From Octopus vulgaris (Eukaryota): 64,000 nucleotides of DNA. Under the pieces are notes generated by a model, which was not told where the DNA came from, searched no databases, and saw only the letters and a list, made by a program, of their open reading frames with translations. Shown here piece by piece: positions 58,878 through 64,000 of the stretch (the stretch's first letter is position 1; each line of letters begins with the position of its first letter). The position numbers were made by a program, and so were the translations under genes. Location of the stretch: positions 8,618,001 through 8,682,000 of the forward strand of contig OX597830.1 of NCBI GenBank assembly GCA_951406725.2. The letters run 5' to 3'.

Positions 58878-59101
58878 TTTGGAAATAAAATGGCTAAATG
58901 AAACCACGAAGGCTATGAGAATTTTTCTCTTTTAAATTTTGCCCACAAGGGGCAAAATTTTGTGTCGATATTTATCAAAGGTTTACAGTGGATGTTGTTG
59001 TACAACTTTTAAGCAAAAAATGTTTGTCAATATACACTTTTAAATAGTCAAAATAAATGATTACCTTCGGAGCCGAAACGACATCACATCCGTCAGTCAA
59101 G

Positions 59102-59136
<35 letters not shown>

Positions 59137-59146
59137 CAGATGGACG

Positions 59147-59199
<53 letters not shown>

Positions 59200-59277
59200 A
59201 TTGAGAGATAGACAGGCAGACAAATAGATAAATAGATAGATAGATAGACAGATAGATAGATAGATAGATAGATAGAG

Positions 59278-59317
<40 letters not shown>

Positions 59318-59322
59318 GGACG

Positions 59323-59388
<66 letters not shown>

Positions 59389-60195
59389 CAGATGGACGGA
59401 TAGATAGATAGATAGATAGATAGAGGTGGGGAGGATCAGATAAACAGGAGGGTATCTTGGTGGTAGACGTGTAGTGATGATGTTGGTAACACTGTTTGGG
59501 ATGATTCTGGTGAAGCTGAGCGTAGAAGCGTTCATCTTGACGATGTTGATGATAATAATAATGATGATGGTGATGTTGATGATGCTTATGATGAGGGTGA
59601 TGTTGGTGTTGGCCGGGGTGGTGGTCACGGCCATGATGTTTAATGATCAATGGTATAAGCTGCTAATTATCTAAAACCGATCCAATAACACATTAAAACG
59701 TTCTTGGCCATCTTGACCAACAGACGTGAGAAGTGTTTAATCAAGGGTGGGGGTGGTGGTCTGGGGTGGATTAACATGACGGGGAGGAGGAGATGGAACA
59801 AAGTGAGGTGGAGAATGAAGAAGGGCGGTGTGACATTACGACGGTGGTGGTGGTGGCGGCGGCGGTGGATTTGGCTGACATCTCTGCCTACGTCTAGCTT
59901 GGGTGTTATCCACTGTTGCAGTTCTTTTTGTTGTTCTTTTTGTTGCTTAACACCGACAACTGCCACCCGTATACGTCACCTTACACGGCAACCATCATCA
60001 TCAACATTATCATCAACATCATCCTCAAAATCATCATTGTCGTCGTCGTCGTCGTCGTCATCATCATCATCAACTACAGAAGCACCGTCATCGCTATAAT
60101 TGTTTTCATATATGTGTGAGCCTCCTACAGCTTAATACATGTGTGTGTGTATGTATGTATGTATGTATGCATGTATGTATGTGTGTATGTATGTA

Positions 60196-60245
<50 letters not shown>

Positions 60246-60420
60246 TATATACATATATATACATATATATATATACACACACATATATATATATACATAT
60301 ATATATATACATATATATACACACATATATATATGTACATATATATATATGTATACATGTGTATATATAGATATATGTACATATATATATGTGTGTGTAT
60401 GTGTATATATATATATATAT

Positions 60421-60477
<57 letters not shown>

Positions 60478-61033
60478 AACAGATAAATAGAGAGATAGAT
60501 TTGCATTCAGAAAGAGAGAGAGAGGGAGAGGCACGTATGTCAGAACTTGTCATCCTCTACTTCTATCTTCACTCTCATCCTTCCCCCCACCCCTGCAGCT
60601 CTCCCTCATCCGTTTATGTCTATAATCCTTACTCCGTAAATCTATCGTCCTTCATAACCCGCCCACCCTCTCTCATTACACCCCAAAAATCCCAGCTTGC
60701 ACCCCCTCACCCCACCACCATCACCCCCCCAACTGTTTCTACTATCATCGTCCCATCGTTACCAGCACATGCGGCGATTGAAACTCAATCCTTGCCATTG
60801 CCGGGAGAATTTATTCATGACCATATGGACCTCAAGTGTTATCTGACTGCTCTGTATCGCCAGTTGCTGCGGCTGGCCAGCGGAGATGGAGCGGGGCCGG
60901 TGGGGCTGGGGGGGTGAAGGGCAGTGACACTTGTGAGTGCTGCATCATGGTCACAAACGCTTCGAACGGCGATATATTTATTTTTGCAGCGGACGCAGCA
61001 GTGGGACTGATGCACGTTCGGCTTTCTGCATAA

Positions 61034-61426
61034 TCTTTATATATAAAAGTGAGGTTGTGTGCTGTCTGTCTCCTGCGATTTAGATTCCTAACTACTCCCA
61101 CATTTTGCGGTGCAGTTTAACCCAAACCGGGTATCTTATAGTCGTGATTCATATCGAGCCCTTCTGGGTATTAGCGCGCGTCTACGATGAGTCTACGATT
61201 TAAAAAAAATTTACCATCAATTTTTCCCATTTTTAATGCATTTTTGGCATATATAAGGGAAGTAACTCTCTAAAAATTTATTATTAAATCTCAGAACGTA
61301 AAAAGCTACAGTACCACCCCCTTTGTGGTTAGCCATATTGTGATGGCTATTATACTTTACATCTCTAAAAATGCTTATATAGTTATTTCCCTTACAAACC
61401 CGAGCAACGCCAGGCGATACTGCTAG
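61034..61426 (+). mobile_element. Non-autonomous Helitron
   Basis: A|TC start, subterminal GC hairpin CCCGAGCAACGCCAGG, CTAG|T end. Confidence 0.8.
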
Positions 61427-61441
61427 TAGTATATAAACTGC

Positions 61442-61591
<150 letters not shown>

Positions 61592-61649
61592 GTCTGTCTG
61601 TCTGTCTGTCTGTCTGTCAGTCTACTTGTCTGTCTATCTATCTGCTTGT

Positions 61650-61940
61650 CTATGACGAAGCCACCTTGAGCATAATCCTATGAAACCGGAAAAACTTTAA
61701 ACTGAGAGTTCACTCTATCCGCTCAGTCGAAGTCGACTCTCGGTTACTCGTTGGATCAGTGTCCTCCAGCCAGTTCTATCCCGGGCCGCTTCTTTCAGAT
61801 TGGCTATGTCCATTCCGGTATCACTCTTGATGGTGTCAAGCCAGCGGGTTCTTGGTCGGCCTCTTCCTCTCTTGCCACTGACCATTCCGAGCATGATGTC
61901 CTTTTCCAGGGATTTTCTCCGCTTAATATGACCACAATCC
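61650..61940 (-). mobile_element. RTE-clade LINE 3' fragment
   Basis: GHIKRRKSLEKDIMLGMVSGKRGRGRPRTRWLDTIK...AARDRTGWR is the typical RTE C-terminus; followed by a 3' UTR and a GATA/GACA tail. Confidence 0.85.
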
Positions 61941-61989
61941 TTGCCAGTTACCTACTTGCAAATAAATGTGTTAACATGTGACATTATTG

Positions 61990-62210
61990 TCCGAGGTTAC
62001 CGTGGTCTTTTCCGTAGGCTTTTCTTTCCCTTTACACTTTACATCATGACATTTCTGTGATACACGATCCCTATTGACCGTTTCCCCCCTCCTTTTTACG
62101 ATCCCTTTTGATCGAAAACCTACCCCACCCTTTTTTTGTCTCTAAAAAGAAAAGCTCTACTTTGTAATTTGTCCTCTTCGTGTTCAGCCCTGTGTGGCTA
62201 ATAAAGAAAC
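61990..62210 (+). mobile_element. 3' UTR fragment of a Tx1-like LINE related to the 53101-59100 element
   Basis: Shares CCGTGGTCTTTT.CGTAGGCTTTTC and TTCAGCCCTGTGTGGCTAATAAAGAAA, then runs into (TATC)n. Confidence 0.8.
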
Positions 62211-62211
62211 A

Positions 62212-62286
<75 letters not shown>

Positions 62287-62424
62287 ATATCTATCTATCT
62301 ATCTATCTACCTATCTATCTATCTTACTGTCTGTCTATCTCATGAGCCAGAAACATCGATGTCTGGGATTCCTGATAGATGGCGACACTGAACAGATATG
62401 GTGTTTTTTCACTTTTTTTAACAA

Positions 62425-62544
62425 AATTACGGCCATATCACGTTGAAAGCACCGGTTCTCGTCCGATCACCGAAGTTAAGCAATATCGAGCCTAGTTAGT
62501 ACTTAGATGGGTGACCGCTTGGGAAACTTAGGTGCTGTAAGCCT
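62425..62544 (+). rRNA. Dispersed 5S rRNA copy (probably retroposed/pseudogene; first two bases differ from the expected GC)
   Basis: TTACGGCCATATCACGTTGAAAGCACCGGTTCTCGTCCGATCACCGAAGTTAAGC...TTAGTACTTAGATGGGTGACCGCTTGGGAA...GGTGCTGTAAGC matches metazoan 5S with internal promoter boxes; T-run follows. Confidence 0.9.
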
Positions 62545-63032
62545 TCCTTTTTACAGCGATGGTGCCCCAGCATGGCCACGGCCTTCGGGCTAAAACATTT
62601 TTGAGGATTTTAAGGATAAGAGAAATATTTTCGCCACTTAAACTGCAGTGAATTTGGCTTTTAGTGGTTGAAATATGTCACAAACACATTTTAACTAACC
62701 TAACTTTGCTGATGCCTAATCACTGCTTGGCGCTGATATTTCAGCAATAAATATATGAATAAATATGCATGCGCGCGCGCATATACACACACAAACATGT
62801 GAGTTGGTCTAGGCAAACACTATCTGAGAGAGATCTTCTTTAAGTATTAGAAATAGCTGAAGAAATTTCTTTAGCTGCTATTTCTAATGAGTTCAGTATG
62901 TGGCAAAGTAATTTATTTTACTAAGCCCTTATATATAATGTAATATTTTGAATTCGCCTAAAATGGTCCCTTTACATACTGAATACTTGGTGAAATTGAT
63001 TAATAATTAATTAATTTTACCCTCAATTGTTG

Positions 63033-63090
<58 letters not shown>

Positions 63091-63432
63091 ATCACGTGAC
63101 CGACCAGTCCATCAGATGTAGTTACACATCGCTGGTCACAATGCGTTCGCATTGTTTTAGCCTTCGAATGACGCCACCCCGCTGGCTAAGCGAGCAGGCC
63201 AACAGAAGAATGAGTGGTGAAAGAGTACAGCAGGGATCGCCACCACCCACTGCCGGAGCCTCGTGGAGCTTTTAGGTGTTTTCGCTCAATAAACACTCAC
63301 AACGCCCGGTCTGGGAATCGAAACCGCGATCCTACAACCGCGAGTCCGCTGCCCTAACCACTGATAGATAGATATACATATGATATACACACACACACCT
63401 ATTTATATATATATATATAGATAAATAAATGT

Positions 63433-63475
<43 letters not shown>

Positions 63476-63653
63476 CATACACACACATAAATATATGTGT
63501 GTGTGTGTATCTGTCTGTCCGTCTGTGTATCTATCTATCAATGTATATATTTGTCTGTCCGAATGAGAATGTCCATCAGCATGTCTGTCCGTCTGTCTAT
63601 TTTTCACTGTTATTGTGTGTGCTTACGTATACACACACAGGCGCACGCGTACT

Positions 63654-63689
<36 letters not shown>

Positions 63690-63772
63690 CGCTCAAGCAC
63701 ATAGAGACAGACAAATGTATACAGCAACATGCACCAACACATGTTCCAATATACGCCAGCAACTCTCTCTCA

Positions 63773-63809
<37 letters not shown>

Positions 63810-64000
63810 GTCCTTCTTCAATTTCCACCACCCCTGTTCCTTCTCCTCCGTCTACTCCCCATCATACTCCCCCCCACCCATTGATTAAACACTTCTCACG
63901 TCTGTTGGTCAAGATGGCCAAGATCATTTTAATGTGTTACTGGATTACTCTTTCTCCCTCTCTATCTCTCTCCTCTTCTCTCTCTCCCCCTTCCCTCTTC

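Larger units (their letters stand above)
53101..59100 (-). mobile_element. Near full-length Tx1/L1-group non-LTR retrotransposon embedded in a (GATA)n array
   Basis: ORF1 with CCHC knuckle, ORF2 with APE, RT and C-terminal zinc finger, 3' end ...GCCCTGTGTGGCTAATAAAAGAAAG followed by (CTAT)n; GATA arrays on both sides. Confidence 0.93.

Overview
Eukaryotic, AT-rich, microsatellite-saturated DNA; the repeat landscape suggests an octopus or related coleoid cephalopod (inference). The only host coding sequence I can support is the terminal homeobox exon of engrailed (31694-32007, minus strand); its upstream exon was not found in the remaining 32 kb. The rest is mobile DNA: a near full-length Tx1/L1-group LINE inside a (GATA)n array (53101-59100); fragments of R4/Dong-like, RTE and CR1 LINEs; two decayed Tc1/mariner transposons and several MITEs; two non-autonomous Helitrons; four tRNA-derived SINE families; and a 5S rRNA copy fused to a retroposon tail. 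The most striking unannotated signal is about a dozen type I hammerhead-ribozyme motifs in small Penelope/retrozyme-like elements, including a tandem pair 506 bp apart and families with recurrent non-canonical cores (CUGUNGA, CCGACGA). Most ORFs in the supplied track are microsatellite artefacts. All coordinates were read by eye, so repeat boundaries are approximate.
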